A stretch of 64,000 bases of DNA from Octopus bimaculoides (Eukaryota). Positions 51,521 through 63,643 of this stretch are shown here, piece after piece (positions within the stretch are counted from its first letter, which is position 1; each line of letters opens with the position of its first letter). Both the position numbers and the translations under genes were made by a program. The notes beneath the pieces are model-generated. The model was not told the origin of the DNA and did not search any database. It saw only the letters and a list, made by a program, of their open reading frames with translations. The stretch lies in contig NC_068984.1 in assembly GCF_001194135.2 (NCBI RefSeq), positions 19,265,183 to 19,329,182 of the forward strand, given 5' to 3'.

Positions 51521-53697
51521 CATGTGAGTACATATATGCAAAACAAGGTGGGAAAATAGCACTCAAATATCAAAGGTAGAGCAAAATGATATTTTATTGA
51601 AGCTGGGAAAACTTCACAAATCATGAGCCCAGTCATGAGTATTTAGACCAATACTGTAATAGCAAATGCTGTAAATACTCACAACTACCTGACGATCTGT
51701 TACATGAAACTCTGAATAACAGTTTGTGAGGTTTTTTTCAGCTTTAATAAAATACTATACACACACACACATATATATATTATATATAATATGTATAATA
51801 TGTGTGCATGTGTATGTGTATATATATATATATATATATATNNNNNNNNNNNNNNNNNNNNNNNNNNNNNNNNNNNNNNNNNNNNNNNNNNNNNNNNNNN
51901 NNNNNNNNNNNNNNNNNNNNNNNNNNNNNNNNNNNNNNNNNNNNNNNNNNNNNNNNNNNNNNNNNNNNNNNNNNNNNNNNNNNNNNNNNNNNNNNNNNNN
52001 NNNNNNNNNNNNNNNNNNNNNNNNNNNNNNNNNNNNNNNNNNNNNNNNNNNNNNNNNNNNNNNNNNNNNNNNNNNNNNNNNNNNNNNNNNNNNNNNNNNN
52101 NNNNNNNNNNNNNNNNNNNNNNNNNNNNNNNNNNNNNNNNNNNNNNNNNNNNNNNNNNNNNNNNNNNNNNNNNNNNNNNNNNNNNNNNNNNNNNNNNNNN
52201 NNNNNNNNNACACACACACATCCATTTGTGCGTGAGCACACAAATTAAATATGCTATTGTCAAACATGATGTATATAATTGTAAATTTATAAATATTTCT
52301 GAAGATTGCATGAATATGTTTTTGTATGGAATTTTAGTTTTCTTTCATTGCAACAATGAAATCATTAAGTTTAGGAACAGTAAATTCATTGGAATTCATT
52401 GTAATACATCAATTTTGGCAGCAAGATTATTATAGAACTTTAATGAATACAAAATAAAGCATATATATATATATACACTACGGCAATGATTTTCTATCAT
52501 AATGAAGTTGTCAATGTTAATTGTATGAATTGAAATTCATGGTTATATATACCACAAGCAACATTACCAGAGAGAATAGTATGAACCACAGCAAAACTTG
52601 TTACTTACCTACTTATTTTACAAGCTATGTTTATGTGAAATAATGAAATGATAGAATTCTGAGTGCATTCAATAACACCTTCTTGCTATTGTGAAGCTAC
52701 TCATGCAAATGTAGAAGTGGGATTAAAGCCACCTTCAAAAATTAAAACTACAAAGCCAAAATGGTTTCAGACAAGGAAAATCGATTATATAAAGTACTTA
52801 AAAAAAATAAATAAAAACATTTTGCAAAGCATCTAAAAAAAAAATGTGGTTTGGGAAAGAGATAAAAAAAAAAGCCATACAACCCAAAGGATTAAAGAAA
52901 TATAATTAAATTAATAAGCACAAAGAGGCTGTAGCAAGTCTTGGCAAGAATAACTACTCTTGGTTGTTTGCAATTGTCTCTAAGGTCCAATGACAAATGA
53001 GATAAAATAGAAAGAATATTAAAAAGAAAAGAAAAGATAAAAAAGAAATTGGTTCTAATCTTTAATTCTCTGAGAAAGATAAATAAATTTTTCTTTTTTT
53101 TCATTTCTTCAATTAATAAAGAGCTGATATACCGACAAGGAAGGAAGGAAGCTTTGTCTAATCTCCTAAAAATATCAATGGGGGGAACTAAGGATTGAGA
53201 CCCTTCTAAAGGTCTATTGATCTGTCTTTGGGTAGAGCAAACAAGACTTAAAAACTAAATCTACTTGTGTTATTAATAGTGACAAGGAAAGATGGAGTGT
53301 GATTAAAAAAATCAGGAAGGGGGCCATCTTGAGAAGCTTTTGACAGCATGATTACCAAAGGAAATACGACTGTATGGTTTCATATAATTGTGTTTTTTCC
53401 CCCGTATTTATTGATTTAGTAGGGAAAAAAATGAATTGCTCATATCCTATTAATTATATTTCCTTATTTATTGATTCAATGAGAAAAAAAATAAACAGCT
53501 CTTTGCTTATCAATGTATATATGAAATAAAACAAAGATGAAATTGAATGTAGATTGTGAATTTAATACTGAATGTTATGTAAGTTGAAATAAATATGCAG
53601 GCTGAATACAGCTTGTGACACTGGTTGTGTTTTCTTGATTTATAACTATTAAAAGTTCTTGGTGAAGAAGCAAAGGTTCGCACATGACATTGGTTAC

Positions 53698-53828
53698 TTC
53701 AATGAGTTATTTGCAGATTTCATCAATTGTTGTATGATTTTTGACATTGCACCCAAAGCACTGAATGCTGTAAGATGGAGCTCATAGTATGTTGCTATTT
53801 GATAATATTTGTCATTGCATTGTTCTGC
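53698..53828 (-). CDS. SYNE1: Exon 3, AEQCNDKYYQ...ANNSL(K)
   Basis: cacAG / GTAACC, 131 nt, phase 0/2; its phase matches exon 4. Confidence 0.75.
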
Positions 53829-54433
53829 CTGTGTGGCAGTGATAGATCTATCAATCAATGAGAGTATATAATATGTGTTTGTACAAGTAAGTCCACCACA
53901 GGGGTATATCATATGAGCCATAAGTCCTATCTCCATATAATAACTTTCCTCTTAGTTCATTATAAGATTGAATTACAGAAAAGAAGAGAATATAAATCAG
54001 TAAAGTGTCTTTTCCCACTGCAAGTGAATTCTTGTTACTTAAAGAAATATTTCAAGCAAATGTAAACTTACAAACTACTTGTCAATTAATTTTCCAGAAC
54101 TCTAAATACTTGTTAAATATGCTGAGATTTGAATTCAATATAAACTGGATGCAACTCAAATATATAAACAATAAAAATTAAAAACAATTTTCTTCTCCTT
54201 TACACAAATCATTCACATACTTTAAAACTGATGACATTCTTATCGTTTAGACAGTCTCAAATATGAATGCCTCACTTCCAAATATAAGCTAAAAATGGAT
54301 ATAAACTGCCAAGTCTTCTGACAATATACTAATACCTTACTGGCTCAACCAGCTTGAATTCTTGGAACATGGCCAATCTAAAATTCTATAAATGATTGAA
54401 GTTTAGAAAACTTTTTCATTTTCCAGGTCTTAC

Positions 54434-54616
54434 CTGTAGATGAAGCTCTCTGTCTTTGATGCCAACTTCAAGAGTATGAACACGATCATTAAAGACAGAA
54501 AGAGTGGTGTTGATGGCTTGGAGTCCCTGAGGATCAATTGATCTGGAAACATTCTCTGACAAGTTGTTAATTTGATCGATTTTGTTTTTCAGATTATTAA
54601 AATCTTGTAAAATGGC
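54434..54616 (-). CDS. SYNE1: Exon 2, AILQDFNNLKNKIDQ...RELHLQ
   Basis: ttgccAG / GTAAGA, 183 nt, phase 0/0, spectrin-repeat pattern. Confidence 0.9.
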
Positions 54617-54934
54617 CTGGCAACAAAAGGAAGCAGACATAAAATTAAATGTTTATTAATAAATCTCAGAATGATTAAAACTAGGAATATTAAAGTCAGT
54701 TGATTAGAAATATTGTACATAATATAAATTGATAGAATACTAGACTTGAAACTATAGGATAGAAAGTTCAAGTTTTTCCTTTAAATTTAAGTATCAATCG
54801 ATTAAATTGTAAGACTGCTTACATATACACAAACATACATATGAACACTAACATAGGCACATGAGCATATACACACACCATTATTGAGTGTAACTTCAGT
54901 GATAAACTTCAAAAAGAATAAAAGCAACACTTAC

Positions 54935-55099
54935 ATTGTGTTCAATAATGTGAGTCTCTATATTCAGATGGGATACTGATGGCTGCAAGCAAAGTTTGGT
55001 GTTAAGCAGATGCAGTTTACTGCTTATGTCTTGTATTAATCTTTGATATTCTTTTTGTTCTTCGGAGAGAGATAGTTGAACTTCCTTCTTAGTGAACAG
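54935..55099 (-). CDS. SYNE1: Nesprin-1-like exon 1 (window numbering), LFTKKEVQ...IIEHN
   Basis: tgtgcAG acceptor, GTAAGT donor, 165 nt, phase 0/0, helical heptad-like peptide. Confidence 0.85.
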
Positions 55100-57048
55100 C
55101 TGCACAGTAACGAAACAAAGAAAAGTCTTAAATATATAGATTATAGAAATATATTTTTTCTCAACCTCAAGAAAAGTAGGTTGTTCAGTTTAGAGATAAC
55201 ATGATTTCAATATTATATGGTTAACAAACTTACATGGTTATCTTTTTATAGTAGAGAGAAAATGGCAAAGTGGAAAAAGTATTAAACTATTAACTCATGC
55301 GTCTTGAGTTTAAATTTGCTGCAGATTTTTTTGTCAGCTCTCTGGGTAGTAAACCTAAGGCTAACTGCCACAATTAACCAAGATACAAAGCAAATATATT
55401 GAATATATCAGTACATTCTTTAAAGTGGTCGGTAATAAGAAGGGCATCCAGCTGTAAAAACCAAGCCAAAACAGACTATGGAATCTAGTGCAGCCCCACC
55501 TGGCCTTGCCAGCTCCTGTTAAGCCATCCAACTCATGCCAGCTCCTATCAAGCTATCCAGCCTGTGCCAGCATGGAAAACAGATGTTAAATGATGATGAT
55601 ACAATCTTCTTGGCATATTCACTACAATAGACTGACAGCTTAACTTGGGGTTGTTAGGGTTAAGGTTCATCTACTTAGAATTATAACACAGGAACTAGAT
55701 CACAGTCATATGAGTAAGAACTGGATGATTGCAGTAATACATTTATTATTATCTCTTTACAGATATATTATAAATGGTAATAAAACAAAAAACCAGCAAG
55801 ACTCCTTCATTAATGTTTTTTGTTACCATATTTTCCTGTGTTGGTCCCACATAAAAGTGCTCATGCCAGTACTGTGTTAAAAGCATCCAACACCACATTG
55901 TAAAGTGGTTGGCATTAGAAAGGGCATCCAACCATAAAAACCTTGCCAAATTAGACTGGAACCTGGTGCAGCTCTCCAGCTTGCTAGCTCTGGTGTAACC
56001 GTCCAACCCATGCCAACATGGAAAACGGACATTAAAGGATGATGATGATGATAATGATGATGATTTCCATTAAGACACGCTGCCCTTGTTTCAATTAGTT
56101 TTAAAAACCATAATGAATTTTGTAAAATAACATTGTCATTATTAAACTGATGTTTGGAATGTAAATTAACATGAAATTTTGAAGGTTTTAAATTAGATGA
56201 CATTAAAAAGGATGTCTGTTTCATAGAACCAGGAATGGTTCCAAGCAGGTGGGTATAAAAATAGTTAATGTTACAGAATGTTTGTTTCTTTATTTCCCCA
56301 TGTAAAATAACAAAATTAAAAGTTTCAGAAAATAACAGTATTTACAAACTTATCAGTTCTAATTTCCTGTAACAAAACATCAAACTTTGCTCTAAATATT
56401 GATTTAAAAAGAATCCCATTATCTTCCATGCCTTAGCTTAAATAGATGAATGCAAATACTGCCATCCTGATACCATCATCATTTTACATCTGCTTTCTTT
56501 GTTGGCATAGGTTGGGTGGGTCATCATGGCCTGAGTCACCACCTACTATGAGCCACTGCTCACAAAAACTGCGGTTCATATATGTTATTAAGCTTGGATT
56601 TTATGGCCAGATGTCCTTCTTATCACCAACCACTCTACAGAGTGTACAGGGAGCATTTTCTTGTGGCAGCAACACTAAAAAGATTGAATAGTCTTTGGCA
56701 AGACAAAACTAAAAGGACCCCATAACTCCACACTTTCTCCTTTCATTAGGTAAGCACTTTTCAGTGTGAACAGTAGATAGTGATGGTATGGTGCTTAGTA
56801 CACAGTAAATGTAAATGTGGAGAATATTAAGTAAACAGAAGCAATGTTGGCATAAAATGATTGTCAGGTATAAGATGTTGGCTTTGAGAATCAATGCAAA
56901 TGTTTGAAATTACAGATCTATTCTACAAGCGAAGGCATGGCTCTGTGGTTAAGAAGCTCACTTTGTAACTTCATAGATGTGGGTTCGGTCTCAATTTGGG
57001 CAAGTGTTTTTTACTGTAGCCCTTGTGAGTAAATTTAATTGATGGAAG

Positions 57049-57432
57049 ATAGGCGCAGGAGTAGCTGTGTGGTAAGTTATAGGCGCAGGAGTGGCTGTGT
57101 GGTAAGTAGCTTCCTTACCAACCACATGTTTCCGCGTTCAGTCCCACTGCGTGGCACCTTGGCCAAGTGTCTTCTACTATAGCCTCGGGCCGACCAAAGC
57201 CTTGTGAGTGGATTTGGTAGACAGAAACTGAAGGAAGCCCATCGTATATATGTATATGTATATATGTGTATGTGTGTGTTTGTGTTTGTCCCCCCAACAT
57301 CGCTTGACAACCGATGCTGGTGTGTTTACGTCCCCCGTAACTTAGTGGTTCGGCAAAAGAGACCGATAGAATAAGTACTAGGCTTACAAAGAATAAGTCC
57401 TGGGGTCGATTTGCTTGACTAAAGGCGGTGCT
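57049..57432 (+). mobile_element. tRNA-derived SINE family A (GCAGGAGTGGCTGTGTGG head), young copy with duplicated head
   Basis: A-box-like TGGCTGTGTGG, B-box-like GTTCAGTCCC, internal (TA/TG)n, CpG-rich; near-identical to the reverse complements of 21032-21427 and 46056-46456. Confidence 0.85.
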
Positions 57433-57531
57433 TCATTGTGTGGAATCTTGGGCAAGTGTCTTCTATTATAGCCTCGGGCTAACCAAAACCTTATCAGTGG
57501 ATTTGGTAGACAGAAACTGAAAGAAGCCCGT

Positions 57532-57588
<57 letters not shown>

Positions 57589-59179
57589 ATGTCTGTATTT
57601 ATGCATCTGTATTTGTCCTACCATCGATTGACAACTGTTCGGCAATAGAGACCAATAGAATAAGCTCTAGGCCTACAAAGAATAAGTCCTGGGGTTGATT
57701 TGTTCAACTAAAGGTGATGCTCAGCATGACTGCAGTCAAATGACTGAAACAAGTACAAGAGATGCCCGTCAAGCATATGTGTACATGTATGTATGTGTGT
57801 GGGGAGGGTGTGTGTCTATATATATATGTGTGTGTGTGTCTTTGCCTTCCCACACACTATCACTTGACAAATTATTGGTTCATTTACATCCTTGTAACTT
57901 AGTGATTTGGCAAAAGAGACTGATAGAATAAGTACCAGACTTTTTTTAAAAAATACAACAAATAATAAGCAGTGGAATTGATTCATTTGACAAAACCTTC
58001 AAGGCAGTGTCCCAGGATGGCTGCAATCCAAAGACTGAAGCAGGTAAAAGATAAAAGATACTCCAGTATGAAAACGTAAGTAAAATGATTACTGTTGACT
58101 TTCCTTAATTTTGTGATGGATTATAGTGGATTACGATGAGCATCCTTACTGAGAATATCCTCTTGTAACTCATCTCTAAACTTCAAAATTTTGTCAAGGA
58201 ATCATAACTTTGGATATTCCAGTAAACTAAAATATTTTATTCAATTTATTATTGTTACAGTACACAAATACAATAAAAAATGGGATTACAAATATTTGAT
58301 AGAATTCTACGAAGCAGTCTACTGGTCAACAACTATTAACAATTATACTAATATCACTGCTATGTACTACTTTCACCAGCCTTGGATTAAATCACTCTCT
58401 CTTTAGCTATCTGGCTCTTATTAGGATAAACTTCAGAACTGGGGAAAATTATGATGGTTTGATAAGTCCATCTGTTATATGAAGCATAGAATCTAACATT
58501 TTGTGTGTTGTCCTACACCTGAGGGTGAGAATAGAATAAAAACATAGAGCTGTTACTTCTGCTGGGGACATGTGAAATACCTGCAGCCCAAGTAGTAAGA
58601 CTATCTACATAACACACTTCTAATGGCAAATTAATGAACTTTCCTATGGTCCTTATCAGCATTCCTAGGTAACATACTAGTGATGGTCTTAACACTGTAA
58701 GCTGATAGAGATAAAGACCTATTAACAACACCCATCATCATCATCATCATCACCCTCATCTTCTTTCTTGTTGCTGGCATCAGTAGCATAGTCATTCTCG
58801 TTGTTGTTGTCCTTGTTGTAATTTTACACCTAGTTTTGGATGGATTTTCTAAGATTATGCTTTGTGGTTGGATGCTCTTTGTGTTGCTAACCCTTTTTAG
58901 ATGCCCCTGGCAACACACAGAGGAATGTGGTTTACCTATTCTAAAACTGAATCAAATTAAACTATCAAACTTTACTTCTGAATAGCTGGGATAGAAGAGC
59001 AATGCTACATGACAAAGCTCTTTCCAGGATCTATTTAAGCCGCTCAGATAGATGAAAGCAATTACTTCACACAAGCATGCATATTGCTTTGTTAACAGAA
59101 GAAAGATTTTTTAAAAATTGACGGTGCATGGGTTAAACAATAAAATACTCCTTATAATATTATAAGGAGTAAAGATCCC

Positions 59180-59450
59180 CTTCAATTATGAATGACCATG
59201 AGATTGCACATAGAAAGTTGCCCTCTGAGGCACAAGTCCAGGCAAGGTTGTTTATGAAAGACCAGCAGTTTCCTTTGCATACCAGCCTCCACTCTCCATG
59301 CCACCAGTGTTATCCGAAGGAAAGGCAAAAGCCAATACAGCTTGGCACCAATGATGCTGCAACTCATTCCTACAGCTGAGTGAACTGGAGCAACATGAAA
59401 TAAAATGTCTTCTTCAAGAACATAACACACAGCCTGGTCCGGGAATCTAT
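59180..59450 (-). mobile_element. SINE related to 1325-1636
   Basis: Shared atgaatgaccat...ccagcagt...cttggcacca...gctgagtgaactggagcaacatgaaataaa. Confidence 0.75.
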
Positions 59451-59867
59451 AATAATCTGTATGTCATACCTGCAATAGATGTAGGATTGAAAGCCTAATT
59501 AGCTGCAGTATTCGTCCTGAGATAATATCTCATATAGATGTGGCATTAGGAAGGGCATCCAGCCATAAAAACCATGCCAGTGCTGGTACGACATGAAAAA
59601 GCACCCAGTCCACTCTGTAAAATGGTTGGCGTTAGGAAGAGCAGCCAGCCATAAAAACCATGCCAAAACAGATCTTGCTAGTGCTGGTAGGACATGAAAA
59701 AGCACTCAGTTCACTCTGTAAAATGATTGGCATTAGGAAGGGCATCCAGCTGTAAAAACTATGTCAAAACAGATAGTGAAGCTTGGTGCGGTCCTCTGGC
59801 TTGCCAGCTCATCCGTCAAGCCAGCCAACCCATTCCAGCATGGAAAACAGATGTTAAATGATTAATC

Positions 59868-59971
59868 AGTGTTAAAGAACACAAAAATGTATCAGTAGCA
59901 GCTGAAAATCGTCCACCAGCACTGCTGTACAATTTTCATCTACTTATACATTTTTTGTGTCTTTTAACACT
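59868..59971. repeat. Degenerate palindrome (~104 bp)
   Basis: agtgttaaagaacacaaaaatgtat...tgaaaatcgtccaccagc versus ctgctgtacaattttca...atacattttttgtgtcttttaacact. Confidence 0.75.
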
Positions 59972-62931
59972 AAATTTCTCTAAGAGATGCTATCTCAAGA
60001 CTAACGATGAAGTTAATTAGACTTCCAATGATTATCTACTTTGTATGATGCTATAGTAAAGATATCCTTTAATTTAACCTTCATAACTTACATTGACATC
60101 TTTCCCAACAACTCTGTCTGAATCTTCTCCATCTGAGGTATCATATATACCAATTGGTGATGGTCTATTTTCCTAAAATAGTTAAGTTACCATTATAAGA
60201 CTCAGCAGATAAAATATGACAAAAGAATAAATAAACAAAAATAAAACACACACACACAATTAATTTCAGAAATATAAAAATAATTCCATTTATATTTAAA
60301 GTACACAGCAACATCAGTTACATCATAATTTATTTAAGTGTTTTGTAAACTATTTGTTTGTTTAAGGATGTATGATATATGTTCTATTATTTCACCTTGA
60401 CAAGCAATTTAAGGTTATCTTTTCATGTTATGTTTTAAAGATTTAAATATTTATTATATACAGGATGAAAATTAAAAAGTTGTGGTTATCTGTTGCACTC
60501 ACAAAATCTATATTAAGTATCAGTAAGTTAGTTGAGCTTATCTACAGGACTATTGCAGAGAAGGAAGATTATCATACAATGTGTCAGTTGGAATCTAATT
60601 TCAGATCTAAGAAGATAACAGTCTGGTACTGTTTATATCAGTGGTTCATGCACCATGTTTGGAATCTGTTAAAGCTTATGCATTATTGGAATTTGTTTAG
60701 ACATGCCATAATTCCACATATAAACCACACCTTCTCACACTTACACACATGTGCACATGCACACATATACACACATGATATATAATACTTGCACATTATT
60801 CTTCTCCTGATTTAACAGGCTGATGTTGCTACAATTATTTCTATGTTATTTCTACTGTTTGTTGATAATTGTTTCCGGTGTCCAATAACTGGATGCCTTT
60901 GAGATGACAACAAGTGACCAGGGCCTATCTTTCATCTATTCTCCTCAGTATTGTACTTGTTAAACATTGATGTAAAAATATTTCACATCACATTTGATTC
61001 TGACTATCTAAGGTTTATTTAGATAAAAACTTTGATGGAAGTAACATCCAGCTAGACACTGAGTGTCTTTATTAGTCTTTGATTTATGTGTGGTAAGTGA
61101 TTAAATTAGTTTAGCTTTCTCTATCAAACAACCCTTTGACATTAAATAGACCAAAGGCAGTAAAGTTTTGGCTGAGAATTTTGTGAGATAGATACAACTG
61201 ATCATGGCACAGTTATTTCACTTGTGGCTGTTTAAAGCTTTGATATTCCAAAGACAAGCCTCGTTTCATATGTGATATGATGTTATGCGATGCTTATATT
61301 ATTAAATACTATAATATCCAAGATAACACACCACTGATATTTGATATTTTCACACTACGTTTCTAATTGTATTTTCTTTATTTCTTCTTTTAAAGAAGCC
61401 AAATAAATGCTAAGTTGTAGTTGAATAGAGTAGAAAATCTGCCCAAACCATTGGAGAAAATGTAAGATATTTTTACATGTACCAATGCAGTAATAACAAT
61501 AACTATTTCATGGATGGTACATCTATATAAATATATTCTAGATTTTATGCTAGATTTTATTATTGCATCAGTGTTTTATTTATTATCCACTTTTGTATAA
61601 GTGTATTTATCATTGGCAATAAATTATAATTTACAAATAAATTACATATCGCTCATCTAACAGGACAAAGGCCATGCAAAGCTGACCTAAGACTAAGCAA
61701 CAACCACACAATGTTATTCCTATCATTTCTATTTTCTAATCTATAATGGCTATGAATACAATGCATCTCCCTTACACTAACTAATAACAATTTCACACAC
61801 ACGCACACACACAAATACGTAGCATCGTATGTATATATGTACATACATAGCTACATTTTCCTTATCATTATCATTATTTTACATTTGCTTTTCCATGCTG
61901 TTATGAGCTGGGCGGCTTGTTATGGACTGAGTCAGTTCTTATGTGGAGTTGCTGCCCACTCAGAAAGGTTGGTAACCATATCTCGGTCCTATGTTCTATT
62001 TTCACATGCTTTCTACGGCTTGATGTCTTTCCTATATCAAACCACTTTACAGAGTGTATTCTGGGTGCATTTTATCATGACACCAATGCTAGACTTTAGT
62101 CTTGTCTTTGATGAGACTAAAGAGATCTCTCTATCCTATGTTGCATTCAATCATTCATTTACTAGCATCCCTGACAGATAGATTGGCAAAAGAAAACCTG
62201 AATGAGAGGGTGATAGGGCAGAAAATACTAGAAGAGGTTCAAAATATAGCACAGAGAGCTAATAGAGGAGAGAGAGTAAAGGACAAAAGTGATAAACAGC
62301 TACGTGAGGATTGGTGGTAAAGAGTTTGGATAGAAACAGCATGAGTGGCACTATGGCTGAGAGAGTGACAGGAGGTAGACACAATGGTAAAAGAAAAGAG
62401 TACTGAAAATGAGAGATAATAGGGGAGAGAAGGAGAGAGTGAGATGAGAGAGAGAGATGAGAGATGAAGTGATGGATGTTAACAATAAGTGATAGAAGAA
62501 GGAGTAATATGAGAGTAATTGATGAATGCAGATGCTGGGTTGAAAGTGTGGGTGATGGCAGTCAATGAATGACAAGAGGGGATGTAATGAAAGAGAGAGA
62601 GAGAGAGAGAAGGGAGAAAGAAAGAAAGAAAGAGGAGTAATGGTCTACATTAGATAGAAGGATTGAATATAGAGAGATAAGGTGAGACCATTCTCCAGTT
62701 AACAGGTGACATGTTAGGAAAGCAAAGGCATATTGAGAGGGGAAGGGATGAATGACATATGAGAGAGTACTGAAGAGAATGTATATACATTATATATTTC
62801 ATTTCATTTCAAAGTTTCAGCTCAGGGCTGCGGCCATGCTGATGCACCACCGTGTATATGTATATACTTTATATATGTATATATATANNNNNNNNNNGCT
62901 GATGCACCACCGTGTATATGTATATACTTTA

Positions 62932-62969
<38 letters not shown>

Positions 62970-63136
62970 GAGAGAGAGAGAAAGAGGTTATAAGAGGTAA
63001 TGGTGTCAATAAGACCCAAAGGTGTCAGGTAATGGTGAGTAAGTGGTATGGATAAACCATAGTTAAGCTCCAGGTTCTGTGATTGTGCAAATGAGGAATC
63101 CAACGTAGGTCATATATCAGCATATCTACATATAAA

Positions 63137-63252
63137 AATTTTTTTTTCAGAATGAGATAAAAAAACCAGGGCTGTGAAGATTTTAGAACATTTATAAATG
63201 TTCTAAAATCTTCACAGCCTTGGTTTTTTATCTCATTCTAAAAAAAAAAATT
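63137..63252. repeat. Near-perfect spacerless palindrome
   Basis: Centre between 63194 and 63195 (cattta|taaatg); inner 25 bp per arm perfect; 45/46-nt arms differ by one substitution and one A; T/A tracts outside. Confidence 0.95.
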
Positions 63253-63344
63253 ATATATATATATATATATATGTATATCTACAGAAAATAGAGGAAGATT
63301 GTGAGGACATACTATAATATATATATATATATATATATGTATGA

Positions 63345-63468
63345 GAGGAAGTGCATCCAGCTGTAGAAACTCTGCCAAATCAGATTGGAGCCTGGTGTAG
63401 CCACCTGGTTCACCAGTCCACAGTCAAATCGTCCAGCCCATGCTAGCATGGAAAGCGGACCTTAAACA

Positions 63469-63516
<48 letters not shown>
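63345..63516 (+). mobile_element. Young GAT-tailed RTE-3'-end element with a long (GAT)n tail
   Basis: gcatccagctgtagaaactctgccaaatcagattggagcctgg...gcatggaaagcggaccttaaac(gat)n. Confidence 0.85.
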
Positions 63517-63518
<2 letters not shown>

Positions 63519-63643
63519 GAGGTCATATCATTCCATATTTTCGATAGACTAAGCAGCTTTTGTGAATATGTAGAAGTGCAGCCTGCTGGACAGCTATTTA
63601 ACCCTAACCACGTGGTCTTAACAAAAGGGAGTGAAATGGATCA

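Larger units (their letters stand above)
1..55099 (-). other. SYNE1: Partial multi-exon gene for a giant spectrin-repeat protein, nesprin-1-like (22 exons resolved; extends beyond both window ends)
   Basis: 22 exons with AG/GT boundaries and matching phases give a 1725-codon open frame. Segments such as KYQ/GFKIELENKQLTLDFVN, LDSLNELGYR and EKCSLWMAYLAQIENELAVEIQGN closely resemble vertebrate nesprin-1 rod sequence as I recall it (KYKGFKIDINCKQLTVDFVN, LDRLNELGYR, EKCETWMEFLVQTEQKLAVEISGN). Needs BLASTP confirmation. Confidence 0.9.
23200..62897. other. Assembly gaps (N runs)
   Basis: 23200-23316, 30791-31223, 31887-31896, 41513-42505, 44477-45282, 48076-48518, 49520-50004, 51842-52209, 62888-62897; nearly all are bordered by microsatellites or SINEs. 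Confidence 0.99.

Noticed and set aside
53150-53390. Possible LINE RT remnant (FLVTINNTS...LPK)
   Set aside because: Too many frameshifts and substitutions to support by eye
58090-58230. Spectrin-like peptide FLDKILKFRDELQEDILSKDAHR
   Set aside because: Bracketed by in-frame stops; the available donors are phase 1 while exon 1 needs phase 0
62102-62750. GA-rich region with short ORFs
   Set aside because: Low-complexity purine tract with no recognisable domain or splice-compatible exon
62838-62945. Direct duplication gctgatgcaccaccgtgtatatg... on both sides of a 10-N gap
   Set aside because: Typical unmerged contig overlap (assembly artefact)
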